Below the pieces are notes generated by a model. That model was not told where the DNA came from, ran no database searches, and saw only the letters and a list, made by a program, of their open reading frames with translations. Below, piece after piece: positions 1-10,668 of a DNA stretch of 64,000 bases (its first letter is position 1; each line of letters opens with the position of its first letter). The stretch is from an uncultured Gemmatimonadota bacterium (GTDB lineage Bacteria > JAAXHH01 > JABIQT01): positions 88,057 to 152,056 of the forward strand of contig CAYYIS010000005.1 in the NCBI GenBank assembly GCA_964470965.1. The letters are read 5' to 3'. A program made the translations under genes and the position numbers.

Positions 1-100
1 CGTAGAACATAGTTCACGGAGGTGGGTGTTGCAAGAAAAATGCAGGGGTGCAACCGTATCCCCTGCACAGTCAATACCTGAACCAGTATTCCGGATCTGT

Positions 101-868
101 TCACTGCATGGTACGGTCAAGGAAAGACACGATCTTCGTCCACGCCTGGCGGCTTACCTCTTGATTGTAAGACCGTTTTTCGTTCTCATTCATAAATGCG
201 TGTCCCACATCCGGATAGATCTGGATGTCCACGGATTTTCCGACATCGGAACAGGCCTCTGAGAACGCCTGAACGCTACGGGTTGGAATACTGCGGTCAT
301 CCTCACCGAAGATCCCGAGTATCGGGCAAGCGATTTTTTCGATACTGGCGCGCTCGGTCACCAGTCGGCCGTAGCTGATAACACAAGCCGCGAGATCCGG
401 GACCGTCAATGCCATGGTGAGTGCGTAGCCGCCTCCCATGGACCATCCAACCGCGGCAAATTTAGCATCCCGAATGTCCTCTCGTGATTTCAGGTAAGCC
501 ACCGCTGCCATTAGGTCTCCGACCACCTGTTCACCGGAGAGACTGCGACTGAGCTTGTAGGCCGCTCCGGCATTGGCGGGTGTTTTTCCTCGGAAAAGAT
601 CTACAGCCAGGACGATATACCCTTCGTCAGCTAAACGATCAGCGCTGCGTCGCATCCAGTCATCCAGTCCCCACCATCCGTGGATGGCGACTATGGCCGG
701 AAACGATCCCTGCGCATCCGGCATGGTTAAATAGCCGGCTACGGTGCCATCCCCGCTGACGTATTGAATATCCGTGCCGGTCGCTCCGTGGACGGTCAAG
801 GGTGAGAGGCCCAACCCGGTCAGCAGAATGCAGCCAACGAATAAACCAGCCACGACGTTGCGTATCAT
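101..868 (-). CDS. Dienelactone hydrolase family protein (secreted alpha/beta hydrolase)
   Basis: 255 aa. N-terminal hydrophobic signal-like segment. HGWWG and GWSMGG nucleophile-elbow motifs. Late conserved His (DVGHAF), typical of the DLH fold. Confidence 0.75.
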   Translation of the reverse strand: MIRNVVAGLFVGCILLTGLGLSPLTVHGATGTDIQYVSGDGTVAGYLTMPDAQGSFPAIVAIHGWWGLDDWMRRSADRLADEGYIVLAVDLFRGKTPANAGAAYKLSRSLSGEQVVGDLMAAVAYLKSREDIRDAKFAAVGWSMGGGYALTMALTVPDLAACVISYGRLVTERASIEKIACPILGIFGEDDRSIPTRSVQAFSEACSDVGKSVDIQIYPDVGHAFMNENEKRSYNQEVSRQAWTKIVSFLDRTMQ

Positions 869-877
869 GAATCCCTT

Positions 878-1846
878 TTACCTCTTCGTTAGAGCTAGCA
901 GGTGGGATTCCACACTCCGGGCAAGCGCAGAAAGATTATAGCCGCCCTCAAGTACGGAAACGAGGCGGCTATCGCAGCATGTGTCGGCCAAATCCATCAC
1001 CATTTCTGTCATCTTCGCGAACCCTTCTTCGGTAACCAGTGTGCCGGCGAGAGGGTCCTCAGCATGCGCATCGAAACCAGCGGACACCATGATCAACTCC
1101 GGGCGAAAGGCCCGCCCCGCTGGGAGTATCTGTTCATTAAACGCGGTCAGAAAAATATCGTCCCCGTCCCCCTCGCTAACCGGGCAATTGAGCGTGTACC
1201 CCTCGCCCTCACCTTTTCCGGTTTCCCAGGAAAGTCCGGTGTACGGATACAGCGGATACTGATGGATACTCATATAATAAACGGAAGAATCCGCCTCAAA
1301 GATATGTTGTGTGCCGTTGCCGTGATGCACATCCCAATCGATTATGAGTACCCGCTCTAAACCGTATCTAATCTGTGCATACCGGGCACCCACCGCTACG
1401 CTGTTAAAGATGCAGAACCCCATGCCCCGATCGTATTCCGCGTGGTGGCCCGGAGGCCTTATGGCGCAGAAAGCATTGGCGTTGTGCTCCGCCATAACCG
1501 AATCGACACCTGCCATGACACCACCGGCGGCCATAAGGGCTACGTCGTACGATACCGGGCAGATGGTTGTGTCACCGGTCGGCAACTGAGATATCCCGGC
1601 TTGGCACCAACCCGCAACCGCCTTCACGTAATCCGGATCATGTACGGTTGTGATCGACGCCACATCCGCAGGTGATGGAGTGATCGGAATCATATGATTC
1701 AATGGAGAGTCAGTCTCCTCTGAAACCACGTTCGCCAGTCGGGACTGAATAGAGCGCAGGCGTTGCGGACGCTCCGGATGGTGCAGGCCGGTATCATGGT
1801 TCAAATAATCAGGGTGGTTGATGAGATATGTTGGCATAGGAGACAA
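878..1846 (-). CDS. Histone deacetylase / acetoin utilization (AcuC)-family amidohydrolase
   Basis: 322 aa. HDAC-superfamily motifs: DWDVHHGNGTQ, FCxxNxxAV and GGY near the C-terminus. Lies 9 nt upstream of the DLH gene on the same strand. Confidence 0.7.
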   Translation of the reverse strand: MSPMPTYLINHPDYLNHDTGLHHPERPQRLRSIQSRLANVVSEETDSPLNHMIPITPSPADVASITTVHDPDYVKAVAGWCQAGISQLPTGDTTICPVSYDVALMAAGGVMAGVDSVMAEHNANAFCAIRPPGHHAEYDRGMGFCIFNSVAVGARYAQIRYGLERVLIIDWDVHHGNGTQHIFEADSSVYYMSIHQYPLYPYTGLSWETGKGEGEGYTLNCPVSEGDGDDIFLTAFNEQILPAGRAFRPELIMVSAGFDAHAEDPLAGTLVTEEGFAKMTEMVMDLADTCCDSRLVSVLEGGYNLSALARSVESHLLALTKR

Positions 1847-1899
1847 AGGCTGTGCGAGTGGGTACTTCTGGATTACGCACTCGCTGAGACCATTTTACC

Positions 1900-4800
1900 T
1901 TAATCCTTTTTGTTCGATTCTTTGGAAAGGCTTTCGTAGTATTTGTTTACCAGATCCCTGTACTGTGGTGGCACTTCTTCATCCCTGGCCATGAAGAGTT
2001 TTTCTCGCTCTTCCACACCTTCTATCCGGTTGCCAAGAACTCTATGGACGTCAATAAGCGCCTTCCCGACATCCTGTCGCAACTCATCCCAATCGTCCCG
2101 GTCGAACTTCCAGGGTTCGTTGCCGAGAGATACCGCCCGCCTCAGCTGATTCTGTAAATTCTGAGTCTGTTGAGCGTTTTGAGGCAGCTGATCCGCTAGA
2201 TCCTGGAGATTCTGCAGCTGGTCCCGATATTGTCGGGACAACGCTTCTTCCTGCCCCGGCAGCGGCGGTCGGCGCTGCATTCGGTTCAGCCGGCGCTGGA
2301 GATCCAGGAATTCGGACATAGTCTCCCGTGTGCGATCCTGATTACGGGCCAGCTGGTCTCTATCCGGAATCGTGAATTTATCCTGGGCACTCCGAACCCG
2401 CTCGGCCAGCTGTTCGAGCGCTTTTGCCAGATCATTTTCTGCTGTTAACGAGCGCTCGAGTGAATTGGGACGAAGAAAGAGCTTGGAACGTTCAATCTTC
2501 TGTTTCAATCCCTTATCGTTGATTTCCTCTCGCGCCTGACGGAGAACCTTCGCTGACTGAGGTTGATCCGCGGTTGCCCTGAGTGAAAGAAATTCCAGGT
2601 CGTCTTTCAAACGTTCCAACTGGTCCCCGACCTGCCCCTTGGCTTCGGCAATGTCCTGTAGACGTCTGCGGACAAACTGCCCAGCCTGGCGTTCCTTGTC
2701 GGCTTGAGTCAGGCTCCCACGCCCATTGTTGAGCGCCTCGACTCTGGCCTTGATACCTTGAAAACCACGGTCCTCTTCCTTCTTCAGTTCTCCGACGGCC
2801 CGTGCCAATTGTTCCTGCTGCGTTGCCAGCTGATCCGCCCTTTGTATCGTGTCACGCATCATCCGTTCCAGGGACCGTCCCTGCGCTCTGACGAGCTGTT
2901 GGGTGCTGTCCTGCAGACGCTGTAATGCACGTGAACCCTGTTCCGCTGCCGCCTGCGGGTTGTTTCGCTGCAATTCCTGCGCGGACTGTCCCATCTCGTC
3001 GGAGCTTTCCCGGAGACTGCCGGACGCCTGCTGCATCGACTGCTGTGCTTGCCGAGGCGACTGTTGCGAAGTGGACGACTGCTGTTCCTGCTGCCGGGAC
3101 ATCTGGGACAACTGCCGGGACATCTCCTCCGCCTGTTGCCGCAACTGACGCTGTTCCCGCGTAAGACGGTCCAGTTCTCGTTTTTTCTCGGCTTCGGAAC
3201 GTTGGGCCTGATTGGCCTGCTGGCGCATCTGTTCATTCAATTGTTGTTGTCGCCGGGCAAGGTCCTTCACCCGTTGCAGTGATCCGTCCACCGTCTCCTG
3301 TTGCTGCTGGGCCTGATTAGCCTGATCCAACGTTTCGTATTTATTGTCATCCCTCTTCAGTTCCAGCTCCGAGGTGTCGGACATGTCGAGCGGCGCGGAA
3401 CTCCGGCCCTGGTTGTTCCGCTGCTGAGAGACCATGTACTCCCGTATCAGGGCGTCCACTTTCAGCAGGTAATGAAGCGCCTCCCGTTCCGGGCCCAACG
3501 CTTCCGCCGACCGTTCCGACCGGAGCTCTTCCGAGGCGCTTACCATAGGTGCCTGCGCCTGTTGCAGCAAGTCGGACATCTCCTGTAGTTCGAGATCCAT
3601 GGCGCCCTGGAACAACAGTACGCTTACGGATTCCTCCACACGTACCCGGAGTGCATCCTGGGCATCAGCAACCGCGTTCAGATCGTCTTTAGTCTGCTGT
3701 TCAGGCACATGCTTCCGATCGGAATCCACACGCCATGTGGCCGCAATGATCTCTTTCTGTTCCTGACTCAACTTACCAGGTCGGAGACCGGCCACGCCGG
3801 CGCCGCCACCGCCGCCGCCCTGCCCCTGACGATAGATTTCTTCGAAGGGACGAACTGTCGTAAAAAACATGTCCGTCCTGGTGGTTCCGTTTTCACCGCG
3901 GTGGTCACTGGCCTCGGCATAGTAAGCGATGAAATCTCCGGGCTCTACAGACATCTCTTCCAGGTACAGGTAATGCTCCCCGTCCCAGAGTGTACGGCTC
4001 TTCTGATTCTCTTCAGTGGCCATATCGATCGTCTGATCTTTTCCCCCGTTGACTGAATATACCAGGTTTAAAGAGGAGAGACCAAAATCGTCCTCCGCTT
4101 CTACCCGGACAGCCATTTCATCGATCGGAGACAGCTTGGTGTCGCGGCCGGGATTATTGATTGTCACCCGGGGCGCATTGTCGGGCAGTGCACGGATATA
4201 GTACTCAACCGGATTCTCATTCCGTTGGTCGTCCGTATCTATAATATTCACGGTGTAAGACAGGTCTTCCGTGATTTCAAAGGAGCCGGCAAGTGTCACG
4301 TCATCGACTTTGAGGTTGGATTTGGTGTCGTTGCTGAAAGCCAGCTTTCCGGATTCTATGGATTTATTAGCGGTAATAGTGAGCGTTACCGTCGTTCCCA
4401 CCGGTGCGGTGATATCGCCCTTGTCCTCTTCGGTTCTTCGGGCACGGCCGGTGTATTGCGGATATCTGTAGGCCACATTGATCTGTTCGATCCTGGGCGG
4501 ATCGTATACGGTGATCGTATAGGTAGATGAAGTAGCGGGTCTGGCATCTATATAGTATTCCGTGTGCTTAAAGATGCCGACAACCTCATACGTGAAAGCG
4601 CCGTTTTCTTCCGTCTCGAACATCTCGACAGGGTACCATTCGTCCTGTCCTTCAGGCCGTGAGAACATCTTCACCGAGGGCACCAGTTTTCCCCGAAGCT
4701 TGACATTCACCACCTGATCGCCCCCCCTGGGTATACGCACATCACCGGGATTTACTTCCAGCTCGGTGGACAGCAGCGGGCCCGGACGCGTCCACGGTGC

Positions 4801-5340
4801 CGCAATGCGCGTCGTACTGCGGCGGAACAGCTCCACATCCTGTACGGCGAATAACGCCAGGAGGACGATTGCCACAAGCGCCATGCCCTCTGCCCGATAC
4901 AGACGCCGTCGATGGATGACCTTGGAGAAATTTATCTCGGTGGATTGGGCTTGAATCTGGCTCATGAGCCTATCCAGGAAGGTTTTGGCCGTGCCGTCCA
5001 TCTTCTGCCCTTCAAACTCCACGGCGCTGACGAATCCATCATTCAATTCTGGATGTTGTTCCTCGATATAACGTGCCACCTGCATGTCCGTCGGAACATG
5101 CCGCAGCGGGCGGATCAGACTCTGAATTACGGCGATGGCTACACCGGCGAGGCAGAGTACAAGCAGACCGGTACGCATCAGCATATCGAGTCCGAAGAAA
5201 GAATCCAACAACATGCTGACACCGATCAGAACCACACCGGTGGAAGCGGTGATGGCCAGGCCCTGGAGGATAATAGTAGAACTCCATTGCCTGAGAACTT
5301 TTTTCAGATGTGGACGTAAAGGTGAAGGCCGGTTATCCAT
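1900..5340 (-). CDS. Large membrane-anchored coiled-coil protein of unknown function (possibly DUF4175-like; Bat-operon associated)
   Basis: 1146 aa. N-terminal TM helices. Central beta-rich region containing a Gly8 tract. C-terminal ~500 aa is extremely Q/R/E/L-rich with heptad-like periodicity (coiled coil). Last gene of the MoxR-DUF58-vWA gene string. Confidence 0.5.
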   Translation of the reverse strand: MDNRPSPLRPHLKKVLRQWSSTIILQGLAITASTGVVLIGVSMLLDSFFGLDMLMRTGLLVLCLAGVAIAVIQSLIRPLRHVPTDMQVARYIEEQHPELNDGFVSAVEFEGQKMDGTAKTFLDRLMSQIQAQSTEINFSKVIHRRRLYRAEGMALVAIVLLALFAVQDVELFRRSTTRIAAPWTRPGPLLSTELEVNPGDVRIPRGGDQVVNVKLRGKLVPSVKMFSRPEGQDEWYPVEMFETEENGAFTYEVVGIFKHTEYYIDARPATSSTYTITVYDPPRIEQINVAYRYPQYTGRARRTEEDKGDITAPVGTTVTLTITANKSIESGKLAFSNDTKSNLKVDDVTLAGSFEITEDLSYTVNIIDTDDQRNENPVEYYIRALPDNAPRVTINNPGRDTKLSPIDEMAVRVEAEDDFGLSSLNLVYSVNGGKDQTIDMATEENQKSRTLWDGEHYLYLEEMSVEPGDFIAYYAEASDHRGENGTTRTDMFFTTVRPFEEIYRQGQGGGGGGAGVAGLRPGKLSQEQKEIIAATWRVDSDRKHVPEQQTKDDLNAVADAQDALRVRVEESVSVLLFQGAMDLELQEMSDLLQQAQAPMVSASEELRSERSAEALGPEREALHYLLKVDALIREYMVSQQRNNQGRSSAPLDMSDTSELELKRDDNKYETLDQANQAQQQQETVDGSLQRVKDLARRQQQLNEQMRQQANQAQRSEAEKKRELDRLTREQRQLRQQAEEMSRQLSQMSRQQEQQSSTSQQSPRQAQQSMQQASGSLRESSDEMGQSAQELQRNNPQAAAEQGSRALQRLQDSTQQLVRAQGRSLERMMRDTIQRADQLATQQEQLARAVGELKKEEDRGFQGIKARVEALNNGRGSLTQADKERQAGQFVRRRLQDIAEAKGQVGDQLERLKDDLEFLSLRATADQPQSAKVLRQAREEINDKGLKQKIERSKLFLRPNSLERSLTAENDLAKALEQLAERVRSAQDKFTIPDRDQLARNQDRTRETMSEFLDLQRRLNRMQRRPPLPGQEEALSRQYRDQLQNLQDLADQLPQNAQQTQNLQNQLRRAVSLGNEPWKFDRDDWDELRQDVGKALIDVHRVLGNRIEGVEEREKLFMARDEEVPPQYRDLVNKYYESLSKESNKKD

Positions 5341-5437
5341 AGCTTATCCTCTTTTAACTTCGAACCTATGGGATCATCGGATATCAGGTTAGACAAGCCG
5401 CCGGGACTATTCTTGCGGTATATTAAAATCCATGTGA

Positions 5438-7519
5438 TTATCTATGAGTCCTGCTGGCCAGGTACGTCTCTCCCAGTATCAACACAAGAAGCACCAGGGA
5501 AAGATACCACCACAACCTCTGGCGACGTTCCATCTCTGTGTTTTCCGCTAAACTGACCTGTGCCTTCATTTCTCTCTTTTCCTGACTTTCCTCAGCGGGA
5601 TTGATCACAGCAGCGACAAATTCTTCAATATCGACATGGTCGATATCCGATTCTTCCGTATCCAGATTGACCGCAAACGCTCCGTTTATCCCGTTCCTTC
5701 CCATCTGATACAGACCGGGTTCATTCGTTTCTGTGAACAGCGGGGTATCATCTGATGAACCGATGACGGTGACCTGGACGCCCGACGGTTTTGTGAGGGT
5801 AGTGGACCGTGTCGAAGAGAGGCGTACTGCCTCACCGACCAGATAATAGTGCCGGCCGGAACCTGTGCTACCCAGACGTCTGCCCAGATAGTCGACGGTC
5901 TGATACAAAAACGGCAGGAACACCCCACGAATTGCAAAATCGTTCCATGCCGGGCTGAATGACGAAGGCATCAAGAGCACTTTGCCCATTCCGATCGGCT
6001 TCTCGAGTATCGCTGGGTTCCCATCATCGAATTTAGCCAAGACTGCCGTGGACGAATCCGCATTCATGCGGGCGATACGAAAAAAACGAGCGGTTCCGAA
6101 ATCTCCATGGTGAGGACCCGAGAACGGCTGGAACACCGGGTGCAGATAATTCACCTCGGCCAGGGACCGGAATTCAGTTTTTCGGGAACTCATATTGGAC
6201 GGCTTCAGGTCCATTAATTTCCCCGGCAACAAGTCATCCATGGCCGAGTTGAAAACATTGACCGAGACATTTGGATTCAGACCGATAATAAGGCCACCGC
6301 CCGATCGTACGTACTGGGTCAACCGATCATGGGCCGTTCGTGAAACGGTCATCACGTCAGCCAGAATAACCGTCTGGTAGTTTCCGAGAGACAGGTTCCC
6401 CAGGGTGGATACGCCACGGGTCTCCACGCTCATCGGAGGATCCGGGCGGAGCGCCAGGGCCTGGTTCAGGTAGAAAGCCGCAGTGGATGTGTTGTTACGA
6501 CGCGTCCGGTCTTCCACGATTAATACCTTCAACGGTGCTGGTGTATTTACGGTAAAATAGTACTTATTGTCTATTTGCAGCGGATCACTGCCGAAGTCGA
6601 TCACGCCCGTGTTGGTATCGTCGCGGAATGTATGGCGGAAGGTGACGACCTGGCCGGACTGGGATGAAATACTGACCCGCTTCAATCCTGCCGGCTGACC
6701 GTTTATCGTCAACGACATCTCACCCTGATAGGGTGTATAACCGAAGTTTTTCACACGAACAATGATATCCAGACTCCGTCCCGATTTCGTCAAGGGGCGG
6801 GGCAGATCCACGCCAGTAACCGCCACGTTGGCATCTCTATCGTCCCATACGTCAAATACTCTGAGTTTGACACCCGGGCTCAGCTTCCATCTGGAGGCGC
6901 TGCGGTTCCAGCCAGTTTTCTGGAAGTCGGAAAGCAGGTAGATTGTGCGGTCTTCAAAACCCGACCGGTTGACCTGGTCGTTCGCCATGCGCAGCGCTTC
7001 AATATAGTTGGTAGCCTGGAACGAGAGCACCGTTCTGGATTCGATCAGACCCTCGAGGTCCGACAGGTCCGACGACAGCTCCTTAACCAAGTGTCCCCGG
7101 GTGGAGAATGTCATCACCACCACCTGGTCACCGGGGTTCAGCTCTGCAATCAAATCCCGGGCCCGGCGCTTTATCAAATTCATCCTGCTGCCGAAGCCCA
7201 TGCTGTAGGAGGTGTCCATAACGATGGCAACGGCTTTGGGCGGCGGTCCCACGAATGCGGCGGCGGCGGAATCGTTCAGGAAGGGACGTCCAAAAATCAT
7301 GGCGAGCACGGCACAGGCGGCCATCCGGAGTATGAGAAGAATAATACGTCTAATTTTTTGCTGCCGAACTACCTGTTGGGATGCAAGCTTAAGAAACCGG
7401 ATGGTAGGAAATATCCGTTTCCTGGCCCGGGGCCGCTTAATCAGATGGAGCAGCAAAGGGATCACGGCACCTAGTGCACCGTACAGAAAGAGAGGTGTCA
7501 GAAAAGAAAGGCCGCCCAT
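5438..7519 (-). CDS. vWA-domain protein with BatA-type N-terminal double-TM domain
   Basis: 693 aa. N-terminus MGGLSFLTPLFLYGALGAVIPLLLHLIKRP resembles the aerotolerance-regulator N-terminal (two-anchor) domain. vWA MIDAS motif DTSYSM follows. Lies 19 nt downstream of the DUF58 gene. Confidence 0.65.
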   Translation of the reverse strand: MGGLSFLTPLFLYGALGAVIPLLLHLIKRPRARKRIFPTIRFLKLASQQVVRQQKIRRIILLILRMAACAVLAMIFGRPFLNDSAAAAFVGPPPKAVAIVMDTSYSMGFGSRMNLIKRRARDLIAELNPGDQVVVMTFSTRGHLVKELSSDLSDLEGLIESRTVLSFQATNYIEALRMANDQVNRSGFEDRTIYLLSDFQKTGWNRSASRWKLSPGVKLRVFDVWDDRDANVAVTGVDLPRPLTKSGRSLDIIVRVKNFGYTPYQGEMSLTINGQPAGLKRVSISSQSGQVVTFRHTFRDDTNTGVIDFGSDPLQIDNKYYFTVNTPAPLKVLIVEDRTRRNNTSTAAFYLNQALALRPDPPMSVETRGVSTLGNLSLGNYQTVILADVMTVSRTAHDRLTQYVRSGGGLIIGLNPNVSVNVFNSAMDDLLPGKLMDLKPSNMSSRKTEFRSLAEVNYLHPVFQPFSGPHHGDFGTARFFRIARMNADSSTAVLAKFDDGNPAILEKPIGMGKVLLMPSSFSPAWNDFAIRGVFLPFLYQTVDYLGRRLGSTGSGRHYYLVGEAVRLSSTRSTTLTKPSGVQVTVIGSSDDTPLFTETNEPGLYQMGRNGINGAFAVNLDTEESDIDHVDIEEFVAAVINPAEESQEKREMKAQVSLAENTEMERRQRLWWYLSLVLLVLILGETYLASRTHR

Positions 7520-7538
7520 AGAATTGCCCTATCACCCC

Positions 7539-8432
7539 TTAATGCATCCGGCTGCGTTTAGCCAGATAGGTAAACAATGCCATATCGAGCGGAATTCCGG
7601 TGTTCGACAATACATAGTCTGCCTGAAGCTTCATGCAGCCCAGTCGATTTTCTTCCAGGAAGGCCTGGATCGTCTCATGGTATTGTTGTTTGAACAACGT
7701 GGGGACCACAGTCAGCTCTTCCCCCGTTTCCGAATCCTTGAATTTAGCGGTATCCGTGAAGGGGAAGTCCAGTTCGTCTGGATCGATGATATGGAACACG
7801 ATCACGTCATGGCCTTTGAACCGGAAATGCTGGAGGGCATCCATCGTACGCTCAGGTTCATCGATCAGGTCGGAAATGATGATGATCATACCCCGGCGGT
7901 TGATCATATCAGCGATCTCATGAAGTGGTTTTCCGAGATCCGTCTCCTTGCCCGGCGTGATCTGTTCAAGCAGTGTGAGTATGGTGTGGACATGCGCCGG
8001 TTTTGAACGAGCAGGTAGAAAATCCACCACGTCTTGGTCAAACGAAATTAATCCTACACCGTCATGCTGTTTGGAGATAAAGTATGCCAGTGACGCTGCC
8101 AGATACGAGCCGTAGTCCAGTTTGCTGATTCCATTTGATGCATACCCCATGGAGGCACTCCGATCGAGGAGAACAAAACACTGGAGGTTGGTCTCCTCCT
8201 CGAATTCCTTGACATAATACCGGTCAGACCGGGCCATCACCTTCCAGTCGATGTGGCGGATATCGTCACCGGGAGTGTATTCCCGGTATTCCGCGAATTC
8301 GACACTGAACCCACGATACGGGCTTTTGTGTAATCCAGCGATAAACCCTTCTACCACCGCCCGGGCCCGCAGTTCCATGCTGGTCAGTCGGGACAGCGTA
8401 TGCGGATCAATAAAACGGGGAACGTCAGACAT
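7539..8432 (-). CDS. DUF58 domain protein (MoxR partner)
   Basis: 297 aa. Conserved DUF58 core (YRGFSVEFAEYREYTPGDDIRHIDWKVMAR ... FVLLDRSASM). Directly downstream of the MoxR gene. Confidence 0.8.
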   Translation of the reverse strand: MSDVPRFIDPHTLSRLTSMELRARAVVEGFIAGLHKSPYRGFSVEFAEYREYTPGDDIRHIDWKVMARSDRYYVKEFEEETNLQCFVLLDRSASMGYASNGISKLDYGSYLAASLAYFISKQHDGVGLISFDQDVVDFLPARSKPAHVHTILTLLEQITPGKETDLGKPLHEIADMINRRGMIIIISDLIDEPERTMDALQHFRFKGHDVIVFHIIDPDELDFPFTDTAKFKDSETGEELTVVPTLFKQQYHETIQAFLEENRLGCMKLQADYVLSNTGIPLDMALFTYLAKRSRMH

Positions 8433-8452
8433 AATCTCGCTTCCACCGGCAT

Positions 8453-9490
8453 TTACATACCGGAGGCCGGTTCCGACACCGTCGTTAGCAACTGGGCGAT
8501 AATATCCTTTGACGATACTTTTTCGGCATCGGCGTAGAAATTGGTCAGGATACGGTGGCGAAGCACCGGATAGGCCAGGGCTTTGATGTCTTCGCAGGCC
8601 ACGTGGTTACGTCCCTGCAGTAGGGCCCGTGCTTTGGCACCCAGGATCAGGTTCTGCGAGGCGCGCAGACCCGCGCCCCAGGTTACCCATTTTTTCACGT
8701 ACTCCGGTGCTTGTTCATGCGATGGGCGGCTCGTGGCTGCAAGCTGAACCGCGTAACGAGCTACTTGTTTGGAAATGAGCACCTGGCGGACCACCTGCTG
8801 GTACTCACGGACATCCTCGCCCGACATGATCGTTTCCACTTCTGCCGTCTGGGCCCCAGTAGTGGCCGTAGCGACCGACACCTCATCGTCCTCTGCCAGA
8901 TAATCGATGTTGATATTTAACATGAACCTGTCGAGCTGCGCTTCAGGCAGGGGATAGGTACCTTCCAGCTCGATCGGGTTCTGGGTCGCCAGAACGAAAA
9001 ACGGTTCGTTAAGATGATAGGTTGTCCTGCCAGCGGTTACGTTGTGCTCCTGCATGGCTTCCAGCAAAGCGGCCTGCGTTTTCGGTGGGGTCCGGTTGAT
9101 TTCATCTGCCAGGAGGATATTGGCGAAAATAGGACCTTTTATGAAGGTAAGGCTTCGATGTCCGGTACCCTGATTCTCTTCCAGAACTTCGGTGCCTGTT
9201 ATGTCCGCAGGCATAAGATCCGGAGTGAACTGGATGCGTTTGAATTCAAGGTCCAGGATACGGGCTACGGTGCGGATCATGAGCGTCTTGGCAAGGCCAG
9301 GCACACCCGTGATCAGGCAGTGCCCTCCGGCGAACAGTGCAATCAGTATCTGCTCTATCACGTCATCCTGTCCGATGATTATTTTTCGAACTTCGTTCAG
9401 TAGACGGTCGCGACCTCCCTGAATCTCTTCGATGCGCCCCGCATCGAGTTCTCCATCCGATATCTGGGATACATCACCAGTTGATGGCAT
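8453..9490 (-). CDS. MoxR-family AAA+ ATPase
   Basis: 345 aa. Walker A GVPGLAKT. MoxR signature IIGQDDVIEQILIAL. Walker B LLADEINR. Classic MoxR-DUF58-vWA gene order. Confidence 0.85.
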   Translation of the reverse strand: MPSTGDVSQISDGELDAGRIEEIQGGRDRLLNEVRKIIIGQDDVIEQILIALFAGGHCLITGVPGLAKTLMIRTVARILDLEFKRIQFTPDLMPADITGTEVLEENQGTGHRSLTFIKGPIFANILLADEINRTPPKTQAALLEAMQEHNVTAGRTTYHLNEPFFVLATQNPIELEGTYPLPEAQLDRFMLNINIDYLAEDDEVSVATATTGAQTAEVETIMSGEDVREYQQVVRQVLISKQVARYAVQLAATSRPSHEQAPEYVKKWVTWGAGLRASQNLILGAKARALLQGRNHVACEDIKALAYPVLRHRILTNFYADAEKVSSKDIIAQLLTTVSEPASGM

Positions 9491-9673
9491 CGGGTGTGTC
9501 CTTTCTACAGCCTCGTAGATGATTGCTTCGGAATGCGGTTCTGGCAGACTGTCCAGCCGGAGCCTTAATTCAACACTGCAAGTGACAGGGGTAGTCTGTT
9601 CCAGAGCCTATCGTTAATGGGCAATAGGCGAAGATGCCTAAAACGGGAATCATGGATCCGATTGCCCTGCATC

Positions 9674-10609
9674 TCAGGCGAGACCCTCTTCCCCCTTGAA
9701 ATACTCGATGGTTTTTTCCAGACCTTCCACCAACGGAACCCTGGCTTCCCACTCCAGAATCCGGGTGGCCCTGCCGATATCCGGTCGCCGTAACCGCGGA
9801 TCGTCCTGGGGCAGCGGTCTGTGGGTGATGGTACTGGTACTTCCGGTTATGCTTATGATGGTCTGGGCCAATTCTAGCATAGTGATCTCATTAGGATTAC
9901 CGATATTGACCGGGTAGTTCTCATCGGACAGCAACAGCCGGTGAAATCCATCGATGAGGTCTTCATAGTAGCAGAAACTCCGAGTCTGCTGTCCTTCACC
10001 AAATACGGTAAGCGGCTCTCCGCGCAGTGCCTGGGATATAAATGTGGGCATCACCCGACCGTCTTTAGGACGCATCCGGGGACCGTACGTGTTGAAAATG
10101 CGCACGATACGGGTGTCGATGCCATGGATGCGATGATACGCCATGGTCATAGCCTCCGCAAAGCGCTTCGCCTCGTCATAAACTCCACGGATGCCGACCG
10201 GATTGACGTTGCCCCAGTAACTCTCAGGCTGAGGATTGACCAGAGGGTCTCCGTATACTTCGGAAGTGGATGCTATGAAGAAACCTGCCTTCTTGGCTTT
10301 AGCCAACCCCAGCGCATTATGGGTCCCCAGCGCACCCACTTTCAGGATCTGAATTGGGAAGCGCTCGAAATCGATTGGACTGGCTGGACTGGCGAGATGC
10401 ATAACGAAATCGACCGATCCCTGTACATCGATGTATTTCGATACGTCATGCTCAATGAATTCGAACCGGTTGGAAGTGATATGCGCGATGTTGGATTTTC
10501 TTCCGGTGATGAAGTTATCGACTGCTACAACCTCGTGGCCTTCTGCGAGCAATCGGTCACAAAGATGTGAGCCCAGAAAACCGGAACCACCGGTTACTAC
10601 GATTCTCAA
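9674..10609 (-). CDS. UDP-glucuronate decarboxylase (UDP-xylose synthase)-like NAD-dependent epimerase/dehydratase
   Basis: 311 aa. N-terminal Rossmann motif [21 protein letters not shown]. YxxxK catalytic pair (YDEAKR). Overall strong resemblance to UXS/ArnA-decarboxylase family. Confidence 0.75.
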   Translation of the reverse strand: MRIVVTGGSGFLGSHLCDRLLAEGHEVVAVDNFITGRKSNIAHITSNRFEFIEHDVSKYIDVQGSVDFVMHLASPASPIDFERFPIQILKVGALGTHNALGLAKAKKAGFFIASTSEVYGDPLVNPQPESYWGNVNPVGIRGVYDEAKRFAEAMTMAYHRIHGIDTRIVRIFNTYGPRMRPKDGRVMPTFISQALRGEPLTVFGEGQQTRSFCYYEDLIDGFHRLLLSDENYPVNIGNPNEITMLELAQTIISITGSTSTITHRPLPQDDPRLRRPDIGRATRILEWEARVPLVEGLEKTIEYFKGEEGLA

Positions 10610-10668
10610 TGGATCCTCCGTTCGGCAATTCTTAACACTGCCAGCTTATCTCAATATTTCAGCGATTC

